Shown here one piece after another: positions 28,540 through 37,999 of a stretch of DNA of 64,000 nt (its first letter is position 1; the number at the start of each line of letters is the position of its first letter). The notes under the pieces are model-generated. The model made no database searches. It was not told where the DNA came from and was given only the letters and a program-made list of their open reading frames with translations. Location of the stretch: the NCBI GenBank assembly GCA_963838425.1, contig CAWIRH010000012.1, forward strand, positions 26,955-90,954, in the 5' to 3' direction. The position numbers and the translations under genes were made by a program. Source of the stretch: an uncultured Acidobacteriaceae bacterium (GTDB lineage: Bacteria; Acidobacteriota; Terriglobia; Terriglobales; Acidobacteriaceae).

Positions 28540-28637
28540 AACGGATCTTGGATCGTGAGTGTATTTGGTCGATGAGTGTAAGCCTGATAACAGAAGTTAT
28601 CGGCAAACACCAAGCGACAAGGCGCTGTTCTCTTGAC

Positions 28638-31529
28638 CTACTGCAACTTCACATACTCCGCTTTGGCTTCTTTCAGGATGGGGATGTCGGGATCGGCGTC
28701 TTTCCAGAGGGTGAGGAAATCTTTATAGGCGGTGAGTGCCTGAGTGCGGGCGGCATCGGCATCCGCGCCCTGCGATGTTCTCGCTTGCAGAGCGTTCCCA
28801 CGAGCCACGCCCAGATGCGCCAACGCGCCCGTCCAGCAGTTCCAGACGATGCCGCCGTGGTCGAGAATCTTCTGAAACTCGGCAGCAGCAGCGCTGCCCT
28901 GTCCGGCTGCCAAGTATGCCTCTCCGCGTGCATACACCGGATAGAGGCAGAAAAGATTGCTGAGCATATGTATACCCCCTAGCTCGATGGGTGGTGCGGC
29001 AGCTTGCAGGGCATTCAGGGCGGCAGCCGGATTCTTCCTGTCCAACGCCAATTGCGCCTGAATCGCAGGCAGCCAAAGCGACTGCATCTGGGTGTCCAGC
29101 GGGAAGCGTTTCCCCAAGTCCTGCGCCAAGGACTCGGCTCTTGCCGTGTCGCCCGCCATGGCGAACGCAAGCGCGGCTTCGCTCTCGACACTCCGACTCG
29201 TCGGAGCAAGCTTCAAAGCCTCTGCCGCTGACTGTCGCGCTTCCGCTGCGTAGCCGTAAGCGGCTTCCCGTTGAGCAGCAATCGTCTGCCACCTTGCCCC
29301 ATTTTCCTTGTTGTCCGCTCGGACGGCGGAATCCACCGCCCGCTTGGTCAGTTCCCGCGCCTTGCCGAGATGACCGCCATACGCCTCGCTGTTGGATGCG
29401 AGCGCCAGTCCAAAGTTCTCATACTCGTGCGTATCCGAAAACCACTGTTGCTGTTCCGCTATTGCCCCGGAGTCCGCTCCGAGGAAGGCAATAGCATAGA
29501 GGATTTCGTGGAAGTAGAGAGCATCCATTTTTCGCGCCTGCGCCTCGTGGATGATCTGCCTCGCCTCGTCGGAACGCTGCAGGTCAAGAGAGTAGTTGGC
29601 GAGATCGCCGTACCACCAGACATAATCCGGTGCAAGGCGCACGGCTTGCCTCTCGAGCTCCACGGCTTTTTCATACTGCCCCCGTTCGGCGTACACTACG
29701 CCCAGCATGCCGTATCCTTCGCTGTCCCGCGGGTAGATCTCAATCTCCTCCTGATACGTCCGGGCCGCTTTATCCAGTTCCCCATTCACAGTCCAATAGT
29801 AGATACCGGCGATCCCCAGTTTTTCCCGTTCGCTGGCATGTTCTCGCAACTGGAATGCCTTGGTGATGTACTCGCCGGCCCGCACGTTTTCGCCGAGAGA
29901 GTAGTAGTCGCCGCCCACTATGTAATAGCCCGTGGCAAAATTCGGATCAAGCTCGATGGCATGTTGAAGGTAAGGCAGGGCCGCGGCAGCGCCTTTCTCG
30001 TTAAAAGCCTTGTTGCCAAGGCTGTATGCTTTCAGAGCTTCGAGCGAAGACGTGGTGGCCTCTTCGAGCGGAACATCGAATTTCTGCACTGTAGCCAGCG
30101 ATTCGCCCAGCTCAGTGCGCAACTTCGATGCTGCCTCGCCCAGCGTTTCCAGCACCTTCTCCTTCGACGACGCCGTCACCTGCTCCTCGGCCAGCGTGTC
30201 GCCGCTCTGGCAATTCACCGCCTTCAGCCCCAGCACATATTCGCTGCCCAGACCGCCAACCGTTCCCGCAATGTAGGCCTTGCTGCCCGCCCGCTGGCAA
30301 AGCTCGCGGGTCACTGCGGGCGTGAGTTTCGTGTTGACGGGACGGGTCATTAATTTCAAGGTCTCCGCGACTTGCTGATCGGAGAGCACACTCAAGAAAG
30401 GCGATTGCCGCAGGGAAACGTTGAGCGCCGTTTTGAGCGTGTCGTCGAATATCGCATCGCCCGTCTTGTTGTCGAAGTCGGAGAGGACGATTGTGTCCTT
30501 GTCGGTCAGGCGATTGCTTTGCTGGTGCGAGCGATAGTAAAGCCCGCCCCCGATCAACAAGGCGACCAGCAGGACGGGAACCGCAATCTTCCAGAGCTTT
30601 GCAACCCGAGCCGCTTGCACGGCCACCGTGCCCGAGCTTGCCGCCGCACTCCGCCCGCTCTCCGTATCCCGCTTCAGCCGTTGGATGTCGGTGCGAATCT
30701 CGGAGGCGTGCTGGTAGCGCAGGTTGCGGTCCTTCTCCAGAGCTTTGTTGATGATCTCTTCCAGTTTGGGCGGCACGTCGGAATTCAGGCGCACCACGGG
30801 AATTGGGTCGCGTTCCAGAATCGCGTTGAAGATGACCGCAGAACTCTCGCCCCGAAATGGCAACTGCCCGGTGGCCATTTCATAAATGACGGCTCCAAAC
30901 GAGAACAGATCGGTGCGGGCATCCAGTTCTTTCGCCCGCGCCTGCTCCGGCGACATATAAGCGACGGTGCCCAGCGTCGTTCCCGGACTGGTCAGGTGCT
31001 CTTCGAGCGGCAGAGTGGATTGTTCCACCACCGCGTCTGCTCCGACATTAGCAAGCAGGGGTGTCACTTTCGCCAGCCCGAAGTCGAGAATCTTGGCGTG
31101 CCCGCGGTCGGTAACAAAGATGTTGGCGGGCTTGATGTCGCGATGAACGATCCCCTTGGAGTGGGCGGCGTCCAGTGCATCGGCGATCTCGATTCCGAGC
31201 GACAGAATCAACTCGGTTTCCAGCGGACGCCCGGTGATGCGCTGCTTCAGCGTCATCCCCTCCAGAAACTCCATGGCGATGAAAGGCTGACCATCCTGCT
31301 GCCCGATCTCGTAGATGGTGCAGATGTTCGGGTGATTGAGTGCGGAAGCAGCTTGAGCTTCTCGCTGGAAGCGAGCCAACGCTTGGGGGTCTTTGGCTAC
31401 TTCCTCGGGCAGAAACTTCAGCGCGACAAATCGGTGGAGGGTTACGTCCTCGGCCTTGTAGACCACGCCCATCCCGCCGCCCCCAAGCTTCTCGACGATG
31501 CGGTAGTGCGAGATGGTCTGGTCGATCAT
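28638..31529 (-). CDS. Ser/Thr protein kinase with a TM segment and a long C-terminal TPR array
   Basis: 963 aa. Contains [26 protein letters not shown] and SPEQ, then a TM helix and many TPR-like repeats. Confidence 0.9.
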   Translation of the reverse strand: MIDQTISHYRIVEKLGGGGMGVVYKAEDVTLHRFVALKFLPEEVAKDPQALARFQREAQAASALNHPNICTIYEIGQQDGQPFIAMEFLEGMTLKQRITGRPLETELILSLGIEIADALDAAHSKGIVHRDIKPANIFVTDRGHAKILDFGLAKVTPLLANVGADAVVEQSTLPLEEHLTSPGTTLGTVAYMSPEQARAKELDARTDLFSFGAVIYEMATGQLPFRGESSAVIFNAILERDPIPVVRLNSDVPPKLEEIINKALEKDRNLRYQHASEIRTDIQRLKRDTESGRSAAASSGTVAVQAARVAKLWKIAVPVLLVALLIGGGLYYRSHQQSNRLTDKDTIVLSDFDNKTGDAIFDDTLKTALNVSLRQSPFLSVLSDQQVAETLKLMTRPVNTKLTPAVTRELCQRAGSKAYIAGTVGGLGSEYVLGLKAVNCQSGDTLAEEQVTASSKEKVLETLGEAASKLRTELGESLATVQKFDVPLEEATTSSLEALKAYSLGNKAFNEKGAAAALPYLQHAIELDPNFATGYYIVGGDYYSLGENVRAGEYITKAFQLREHASEREKLGIAGIYYWTVNGELDKAARTYQEEIEIYPRDSEGYGMLGVVYAERGQYEKAVELERQAVRLAPDYVWWYGDLANYSLDLQRSDEARQIIHEAQARKMDALYFHEILYAIAFLGADSGAIAEQQQWFSDTHEYENFGLALASNSEAYGGHLGKARELTKRAVDSAVRADNKENGARWQTIAAQREAAYGYAAEARQSAAEALKLAPTSRSVESEAALAFAMAGDTARAESLAQDLGKRFPLDTQMQSLWLPAIQAQLALDRKNPAAALNALQAAAPPIELGGIHMLSNLFCLYPVYARGEAYLAAGQGSAAAAEFQKILDHGGIVWNCWTGALAHLGVARGNALQARTSQGADADAARTQALTAYKDFLTLWKDADPDIPILKEAKAEYVKLQ

Positions 31530-31648
31530 GAATGGCGAATCTTACGTCTGCGAAACGGGCAAGTCAATGAAAGCCATGGGTTTGGCAGTGGATCAAGAGA
31601 ATTGCTGTTGTAACGTCGCGATTACACTCATTTGACCGATGAGTGGGT

Positions 31649-32242
31649 TCAACTCCGCAGGAAATTCGCCACCAGCTTCTTTCCCTCGTCCGTCAGCACG
31701 CTCTCGGGATGAAACTGCACTCCTTCAATTGCGAAGTTCTTGTGTCGCAGACCCATGATGACTCGCGTTCCGTCTTTGTCGTGAGTCCAGGCGCTGACTT
31801 CGAGATCGCTCGGCAGGCCGTCTTCAGCGACGATCAACGAGTGGTAGCGGGTCGCGGTCATCGGAGAAGACAGGCCACGAAAAATGGTTTTGCCATCGTG
31901 CTCAACCTGGCTGGTTTTGCCGTGCATCAGGTTCCTCGCGCGAACCACCCGGCCGCCAAAGGCCGCGCCGATGGCTTGGTGTCCGAGGCAGACGCCGAGC
32001 ACCGGCACATTGTTCTTGTCATTGTTCTTGCCCGCGAAATGGCGGATCAGTTCGATGCTGATGCCGGCTTCCTGTGGAGTACAGGGTCCGGGAGAAACGA
32101 CGATGCGCTCGGGGCGCATCGCCTCGATCTCGCCGACGGTCACTTCGTCGTTGCGGCGAACCTCAACCTGGGCGCCCAGTTCGCCAAGATACTGGACGAG
32201 GTTGTAAGTGAACGAATCGTAGTTATCGAGGACGAAGACCAC
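31649..32242 (-). CDS. trpG: Anthranilate/aminodeoxychorismate synthase component II (glutamine amidotransferase)
   Basis: Begins [23 protein letters not shown]. Catalytic motifs GVCLGHQ and QFHPES. GTG start at 32242. Confidence 0.9.
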   Translation of the reverse strand: MVFVLDNYDSFTYNLVQYLGELGAQVEVRRNDEVTVGEIEAMRPERIVVSPGPCTPQEAGISIELIRHFAGKNNDKNNVPVLGVCLGHQAIGAAFGGRVVRARNLMHGKTSQVEHDGKTIFRGLSSPMTATRYHSLIVAEDGLPSDLEVSAWTHDKDGTRVIMGLRHKNFAIEGVQFHPESVLTDEGKKLVANFLRS

Positions 32243-32265
32243 AGGAGTATTGTAGCGGGGAGGGC

Positions 32266-32388
32266 AGGTTTCAAAGAGCCAGGTTTCAAGGTTTCAGAGT
32301 TTCAAGGTTTCAAGGAGAAAGCAAAAGCGTTCGATCCGAACGGTGACGAAACTTTGAAACCTTGAAACCTTGAAACTTTGAAACCTGG
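32266..32388. repeat. Long imperfect palindrome whose arms are tandem 8-mers (AGGTTTCA x5 / TGAAACCT x5) around a 32-nt spacer
   Basis: Left arm 32266..32315, right arm 32348..32388. The spacer holds its own hairpin CGTTCG-ATC-CGAACG (32328..32342). Confidence 0.85.
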
Positions 32389-32452
32389 CCTTTGCCTCTG
32401 CTTGACAGACGTGCCGCTAGTTGCCATGCTTACAGGCGATTGGCGACAAGTC

Positions 32453-32489
32453 CTTGAAACCTTGAAACTCTGAAACCTTGCAACCTTGC
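32453..32489. repeat. Third block of the TGAAACCT-type 8-mer tandem repeat (4 units)
   Basis: CCTTGAAACCTTGAAACTCTGAAACCTTGCAACCTTG, just upstream of the RBS of the PilZ gene. Confidence 0.8.
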
Positions 32490-32505
32490 TTTTTGGAGGG
32501 GTTCA

Positions 32506-32844
32506 ATGGCCGAGACGCAGCAAGACCAGGACAATGACAAGCGGGCCACGCGGCGGTTCGCGCTTCGTCTGCCGGTAAACGTCCGTTATGGCGAAAATGC
32601 GGAGGAGCACGCGGCGCAGACCCGCGACGTCAGCGCGCGCGGAATCTGCTTCTATATCGATGCGGCCATCCAGGCCGGCTCCGCGATTGATTTCACGCTG
32701 ACCCTGCCGCCCGAGATCACGCTGACGGAAAGCATCCGGGTGCGCTGCAAGGGCCGCGTGGTGCGAGTTGAAGGCGGCGTTCCCGCGAACAAGTTGGCGG
32801 TGGCAGCTGTCATTGACGAGTACGAGTTTCTGGCCGACTCGTAA
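32506..32844 (+). CDS. PilZ-domain protein (putative c-di-GMP receptor)
   Basis: RRFALR (RxxxR) and DVSARG (D/NxSxxG) motifs at the correct spacing. 112 aa. GGAGGG RBS. Confidence 0.75.
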   Translation: MAETQQDQDNDKRATRRFALRLPVNVRYGENAEEHAAQTRDVSARGICFYIDAAIQAGSAIDFTLTLPPEITLTESIRVRCKGRVVRVEGGVPANKLAVAAVIDEYEFLADS

Positions 32845-32934
32845 TAGCGAGCGCGTTTTTTTCTTCACTTTTTTCCGAGCGCTTCTTTCATCAGTCTTTC
32901 TCCATGCAACCCCCGAGTGGTATGGTTTCTCTAA

Positions 32935-33082
32935 GGAAACTCTGATTAAGTCTTCGCTGGCGAGACGGGATGCGTTGAAAGTGCGGCCCTCAGCGGCTAA
33001 AGCCGCTTGGGTGGCTGGTTCTGACGGCATGGCTAAAGCCATGCCCTTTCAAAGCTCTCCGTGAAACGACTTAATCAGAGGC
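32935..33082. repeat. MITE-like element, family B (148 bp), second copy, same orientation as 26848..26998
   Basis: TIRs GGAAACTCTGATTAAGTC / GACTTAATCAGAGGC. Hairpins AGCGGC-TAAA-GCCGCT and GGCATGGC-TAAA-GCCATGCC. Confidence 0.75.
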
Positions 33083-33101
33083 TCCCAAACATTCGAGTGC
33101 T

Positions 33102-34610
33102 TTGGTGAAAGACTTCCCGCCGAATCTTCGGTTCCGGCAACCGCCGTCTCGATACAGATTGCGGGCGGATTTGTGCGCGGTTCTGGCGCTGGGAATGCTC
33201 GTACTCGGTGCACCGGGGCTTCGTTCCCAGACACCGGTTCAGCCTGCGGTTAAGCGTGGCTCCAAGCCTTCCGCATCTTCTGGTGTGGGCAAGATTGCCG
33301 CGATCAAGAGCTTCCGGATTGTGCAGGAAAAGGATGGCCAGGCAGTTGAAATTCTCTCGACGAAGCCGCTCGTTCCTTCGATCCAGGCGGTCAGCGATCC
33401 CGAGCGGCTGGTGATCGATCTGCCGAACGCGCGGCTGGAAACGCAGCAGAAGCGGATCAGCGTACAAGCCGATCAGATCAGCACGATACGCGCCGACCAG
33501 TTTCAGCAGAACCCGCCGGTGGCGCGCGTGGTGGTGGATCTGCTCGCGCCGCGCGCTTACACCTGGGATGCTGCGGGGAATCGCTTGGTCGTGCATCTTG
33601 GAAAAAATCCCAACCCGGCGAGAAGTTCGCCGTTTGAGCCCCCCACGGTTTCGAGCCTGACGCCAGCGCCGCAACCGGCCGTAGCCGCGGTGCGCACGGC
33701 CGGCCCGTTGGCGCTGGCTGGAAATAACGGGGGCGCAGGTTCTTCGATTACGGCCGGGCTGGATACCGCCGTTCTCCGCCTGTCGAGTGGCGGCGAGGTG
33801 GATGTTTGTCCGGGAACGACGGTGGCGGTTACTCCTTCGCAGAACCGGCATAACCTGATGCTCAGCATGAACACGGGAGCAATGGAAGCGCACTTCGCTC
33901 TCGACGCTTCTTCGGATTCGGTGATCACGCCGGACTTTCGCATCCTGCTGGTGGGGCCGGGGGAATTTCACTATGCGATCAGCGCGGACAATCAGGGCAA
34001 CACCTGCGTGCGCGCGCTGCCCGGCAACACAGCGTCGGCGATTGTTACCGAACTGCTTGGCGATCGCACGTACCAGGTGAAGGCAACCGACCAACTCGTG
34101 TTTCGATCCGGGCAACTCGATCGTGTGGATATGGCGGTGCCGCTCGAGTGCGGATGTCCGCCGCCGCGGGACCCTCCGATGCGAGCGGCAAACAATCTAC
34201 CCACGCAAAGTGAGGTGCAGAGGAAAGAACGGAACACGGCGCTGCCGCCCTTGAACGCGAATCCAGCGCCGGTTGCGGAGGCGGTTCACGCGGAAAGCGC
34301 GCCCTGGACTGGGGCGCGAGCAGCGGCCGCCTCAACGGATGCCTCCGTTGCGCCGAATGAACTTCACGTACAGGTGGAGGCGCCGTTCGTGTTCCACGGG
34401 AGCGACCCTCCGCCGGCGCCGGTTGAGGATGTGCGTGCTTGGCCGCTCGATTCGCGTCCACGAGCGGCTCCTGCTTTGGCCGCTCCGCTTCCTCCGCCCG
34501 CGAACAAAACTTCGAAAACGGCTCGCACGGAGACGGCATCGGCGAATCACGGGCCGGTGCGCGGCTTCTTCAGAAAGCTCGGCGGGATGTTTGCAAGGCT
34601 GTTCCACTGA
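33102..34610 (+). CDS. AMIN-domain-containing secreted protein with a Pro/Ala-rich C-terminus
   Basis: IKSFRIVQEKDGQAVEILSTKPLVPSIQAVSDPERLVIDLPNARL...ARVVVDL...RLVVHL is an AMIN-type fold signature. The start codon is uncertain (TTG 33102). Confidence 0.65.
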   Translation: MVKDFPPNLRFRQPPSRYRLRADLCAVLALGMLVLGAPGLRSQTPVQPAVKRGSKPSASSGVGKIAAIKSFRIVQEKDGQAVEILSTKPLVPSIQAVSDPERLVIDLPNARLETQQKRISVQADQISTIRADQFQQNPPVARVVVDLLAPRAYTWDAAGNRLVVHLGKNPNPARSSPFEPPTVSSLTPAPQPAVAAVRTAGPLALAGNNGGAGSSITAGLDTAVLRLSSGGEVDVCPGTTVAVTPSQNRHNLMLSMNTGAMEAHFALDASSDSVITPDFRILLVGPGEFHYAISADNQGNTCVRALPGNTASAIVTELLGDRTYQVKATDQLVFRSGQLDRVDMAVPLECGCPPPRDPPMRAANNLPTQSEVQRKERNTALPPLNANPAPVAEAVHAESAPWTGARAAAASTDASVAPNELHVQVEAPFVFHGSDPPPAPVEDVRAWPLDSRPRAAPALAAPLPPPANKTSKTARTETASANHGPVRGFFRKLGGMFARLFH

Positions 34611-34716
34611 CTGCCCGATCATCTTTCTGACAATCCTGAGACGCGGCAAGCTGTATTTCTAGAGCGTGTTTCATAAATGCCTTTCAGCTCGCAAGGCACG
34701 TCCCTCAGGGGCTGAA

Positions 34717-34858
34717 GAGGCTGCGGAAAAACTCAACCAAGGCCGCGAAAAGCTCACCGCAGGCGCTAAAGCGCAACACATTTCTAACGACTTACGGCAC
34801 GACTGAAGTCGTGCCCTTCCCAACAACCTGCGTGAATCAGAGTTTTTCCGCAGCCTGT
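34717..34858. repeat. MITE-like element, family A (142 bp)
   Basis: TIRs GAGGCTGCGGAAAAACTC / GAGTTTTTCCGCAGCCTGT. Internal hairpins GCGC-TAAA-GCGC and GGCACGAC-TGAA-GTCGTGCC. Confidence 0.75.
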
Positions 34859-34975
34859 GAAGCCCGCATTCTTCCGGGCCCTACCCAAAACCGATTTATG
34901 AAATACGCTCTAAGTCTCGCTTTGCTCGGGATGACAATTCGTGAAAGCGGCGACAGGCGTGGAAAGTCCCTCAAA

Positions 34976-36154
34976 CTAGACAGCCGCCTGAGATTGAGTG
35001 GAAGCCGACATGTGCTGCGCGCATTGTTCCAGGATTGCGGGCACTTCCAACAGCGCTTGGTTGGAGTATTGGTTGACCTGGCGATGGAACTCATCGAAAG
35101 TTGCGGGATCGAGTAAGCGCTGGACGGCGGGCGCAATTCTTTTGAAGCTCGGCACTACGATCCCGTAACCGTTTTCCGTCACCCATTCCGCGTTGTAGCG
35201 CTCCTGGGGCAGCGTTTTGGAATTGCATTCCACGATGACGGGCAAGTGGAACTGCAGCGCCTCGCTGATCGAGCCGGGACCCGGTTTCCCGATGAAGAAA
35301 TCGGCCAAGGCCATGTAGTATTCAACGTTCTGAGCAAATCCTACGACCAGGATTGGCTTTTGGGCCGGCAGATTCTTGAGCTCCGCGGCGAGTTTCTGGT
35401 TGTGCCCGCAGATCAGGATTAATTGGACGCCGCTGCCGGCTTGGTTGAGTTGCTTGGCGATCTCGACCATCACCTTGGAGCCATAGCCTCCGAACAGGAC
35501 AATGCCTGTTGGACAATCGGGTTCCAGGCCGAGGCGCTTCCGTTCCGCGACGCGATCGACGGTGGCCTTTTCGTAGAACCTGGGCTTCAGGATCATTCCC
35601 GATGTCTGGAAAATATGGCCGGCGTCGTGGCCGATGGTTAAGGCTTGCTGCCGGGCGCGTTCCGTGCCGACGATGATGAATTCCGATTCGCGCTCGATCC
35701 AGAAGTGTGGCGGGTAATCGGCTAAATCCGTGATTAGTGTGACAAAGGGAGTTCTTGTGCCAGGCGTTTTTGTGAAAGCGGGGCGAAGGCTGTCGGCGAT
35801 CTCGCGATCGAAGTGCGGGATTACGGAGAGCACCAAGTCCGCCGGATGCTGGGCCCAGTAAGCGTGGAGCGCTTTCACGATCGGAGAATGGTAGAGACGG
35901 ATGGCCGTCTGCAGAATGAGCAGGAGTTGCGGCGTAAAGCGCGTCCAGCCTTTGCGCAGAATCAGGTTGTAGGTGTCTTGAATGCGCAGGCCGGTGGCGC
36001 GCCGAATCAGGTCGAGGGGATCGAGCAACTCCTGAATGTCGAGCAGACTGACGTCCCAGGGATGTTCGTGGCTGGCGAGCGTGGCTTTGAGCGCGTCGGC
36101 GGCACTTTGATGTCCTCCGCCGGCGTGGTGAAAAACGATGGTCAGTTTGCGCAA
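34976..36154 (-). CDS. MGDG-synthase/UgtP-like (GT28) diacylglycerol glycosyltransferase
   Basis: N-terminal HHAGGGHQSAADAL, plus ...GGYGS... and FIGKPGPGSISEAL motifs. Confidence 0.75.
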   Translation of the reverse strand: MRKLTIVFHHAGGGHQSAADALKATLASHEHPWDVSLLDIQELLDPLDLIRRATGLRIQDTYNLILRKGWTRFTPQLLLILQTAIRLYHSPIVKALHAYWAQHPADLVLSVIPHFDREIADSLRPAFTKTPGTRTPFVTLITDLADYPPHFWIERESEFIIVGTERARQQALTIGHDAGHIFQTSGMILKPRFYEKATVDRVAERKRLGLEPDCPTGIVLFGGYGSKVMVEIAKQLNQAGSGVQLILICGHNQKLAAELKNLPAQKPILVVGFAQNVEYYMALADFFIGKPGPGSISEALQFHLPVIVECNSKTLPQERYNAEWVTENGYGIVVPSFKRIAPAVQRLLDPATFDEFHRQVNQYSNQALLEVPAILEQCAQHMSASTQSQAAV

Positions 36155-36217
36155 GAGATCTCTTGCCTCGTCGGTGGTTGAATTTTACAGAAGGCCGCGC
36201 CGTCGGTGGAGCTAGCG

Positions 36218-37060
36218 TCAGCGACCGACACCTTCGTACTCGCCATCTTCTAGTAGGCCCGCCTCGTCGGCGAATTCAGCCGGCTCGTAATCAGCCGGGC
36301 TTGGTTCTTCGCCGGGGTGATGATCGTCAGTCCGATCGTTATCAGGCCGATCAAGGTATTCATGGATCTGGACTCCCTCTTCACCAACGGTGATATAGGT
36401 AGGATGCTCGTCAATCCAGGCTCCGCAATTGAAATAATCGGTTCCGTGCTCGTGTTTGTGCAAGGCGGCATGGGTGTGGCCGCAGAAAATGCGCGCCGCG
36501 TGATGATGACGGGCGTGAGCCAAGGCGCCTTCGGCAACCTTTGGCGACAAACGCAGCCAGCGCGTGCCGAGCCGGTCGAGGAAACGGGTCACAGCTTTAC
36601 TTTTCGAATCCCACTTCTGCAGTTGCAGATAGAGCAGCGTCCCGATCAGGTAGCTGACGCGGACGTTGCTCACCACGAAGCTGTCGAACTGGTGACCGTG
36701 CACGGCGATGTGGCGCAGGCCCCGATATTCCCATTGATATTCGTGGTACACCCGGACGCCCACCAGATGAGACATGATGGGGGCCAAACCGTGGTCGTGA
36801 TTGCCTTCGACCCAGACCACTTCGACGTTGCGCTTGGGATTGGAGAGCTTGCGAATGAAGCCGAGAAATTTCCAGTGCTCTTTTTTGAGGCGTCCGAAAT
36901 TGAGGTCGGCAAAAATATCGCCCAGCAAAATGAGGCGGCGATATTGATTTTCGCGGAGAACGCACAACGCCTCGCGGGCGCGGCTCATGTCCGCGCCGAG
37001 GTGCAGATCGGAGAGGATCAGCGTGTCATAAATCTGCGGTGCTATGACCTGCGGCGGCAC
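36218..37060 (-). CDS. Calcineurin-like metallophosphoesterase, LpxH-like (UDP-2,3-diacylglucosamine diphosphatase family)
   Basis: Motifs LILSDLHLG, LLGDIFD, GNHDH, HGHQFD and GHTH. The C-terminal tail is acidic. Confidence 0.75.
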   Translation of the reverse strand: MPPQVIAPQIYDTLILSDLHLGADMSRAREALCVLRENQYRRLILLGDIFADLNFGRLKKEHWKFLGFIRKLSNPKRNVEVVWVEGNHDHGLAPIMSHLVGVRVYHEYQWEYRGLRHIAVHGHQFDSFVVSNVRVSYLIGTLLYLQLQKWDSKSKAVTRFLDRLGTRWLRLSPKVAEGALAHARHHHAARIFCGHTHAALHKHEHGTDYFNCGAWIDEHPTYITVGEEGVQIHEYLDRPDNDRTDDHHPGEEPSPADYEPAEFADEAGLLEDGEYEGVGR

Positions 37061-37228
37061 AGCTATTATTGTCGCCGCAGAGTGTTACGAGGTGATGAAT
37101 TGGGAACTAATTGAGAGGCCGGAGGTAATCCGTCAGTAACCTGCCTCCAAGCGGCCTGTAAAACCGGCTGACAGCACGGACGGCTTGCCCCGCGCCGGTT
37201 TTAGCCCGGTCCGCTGGCCGCTATGCAC

Positions 37229-37504
37229 TCATTGCTTCGGGGGGACGTATTCGGCTGGACGGGCCGCGCCCTCACCGAAGAAAAACTGCTCCATCTGCTG
37301 CACGATGACTTCCTGATCCTGCTTGCGCGCCGGGTTCAGGCGATATTCGTTCAGCAACATTTTGCAGTGTTCCACCCACTGGCTCCATGCCTGTTGCGAG
37401 ACGTGTTCGTAGATCTTTTTTCCCAAGTCGCTGTCAAAGGGAGGCTCGGGGAGCCCAGGCAATTCCTGTTTTAATTTGGCGCAGAAGACTTTGTGTTCTG
37501 ACAT
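37229..37504 (-). CDS. yggX: Fe(2+)-trafficking / oxidative-damage protection protein YggX
   Basis: Begins MSEHKVFCAKLKQELPGLPEPPF and contains ...WVEHCKMLLNEYRLN.... ATG at 37504. Confidence 0.8.
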   Translation of the reverse strand: MSEHKVFCAKLKQELPGLPEPPFDSDLGKKIYEHVSQQAWSQWVEHCKMLLNEYRLNPARKQDQEVIVQQMEQFFFGEGAARPAEYVPPKQ

Positions 37505-37787
37505 AGATTTCTTGAAATTATCGCACAGGTATCGCGTCCTCACTGGTTGTTGAGGGGAAGGTTCTGCCGTAGCGGTGAAATTCTGCGCGAGTCCGCCCGA
37601 GCGAGCGGAGCACGTGCCACACCAAAATCGTTCGGCATAGTGAAATTTTCATTGACAAATTACATACAAGTGGCAATATCTTGTGGTAGGACAGCTACTC
37701 ATACGACAGATTGAGTAGTTCGGGCATCAAGGTGCCCTGTCGAGAACCTTGGGAGAAAAAAATCGTTCAAACGGAGGAAAATACTTC

Positions 37788-37829
37788 ATGGCAACCAAGA
37801 AGAAAGCCGCCAAGAAAAAGAAACACTAA
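37788..37829 (+). CDS. Candidate 13-aa lysine-rich micro-ORF MATKKKAAKKKKH
   Basis: GGAGGA lies 9 nt upstream and a hairpin terminator 30 nt downstream. Below the ORF-track cutoff. Speculative. Confidence 0.3.
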   Translation: MATKKKAAKKKKH

Positions 37830-37858
37830 GCGGACGGATGCTCGTTCAGAAGTTCCCC

Positions 37859-37895
37859 AAAGCCTCTCAGGAGAAGCACCTCTTGAGAGGCTTTT
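37859..37895 (+). terminator. Hairpin AAGCCTCTCA-14 nt-TGAGAGGCTT followed by TTCC
   Basis: 10-bp stem read directly. The U-tract is weak. Confidence 0.45.
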
Positions 37896-37944
37896 CCATC
37901 TGCGGTGGAGGGGCGGACGACCTCGCCAGTCCGGCAGTGCGGCG

Positions 37945-37964
37945 GCCGGGCGGGGACGCCCGGC
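37945..37964. repeat. GC-rich hairpin repeat GCCGGGCG-GGGA-CGCCCGGC followed by ACTCCAC
   Basis: Same family as 8117, 44504 and 60549. Confidence 0.5.
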
Positions 37965-37999
37965 ACTCCACTTCTAACAATTGATACGATCGAGTCACC

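Noticed and set aside
32266-32489. Possible CRISPR array (regularly repeated short units)
   Set aside because: The units are only 8 nt, contiguous with no spacers, and arranged as an inverted repeat. No cas genes are present. The same applies to 53073..53149 and 54377..54486.
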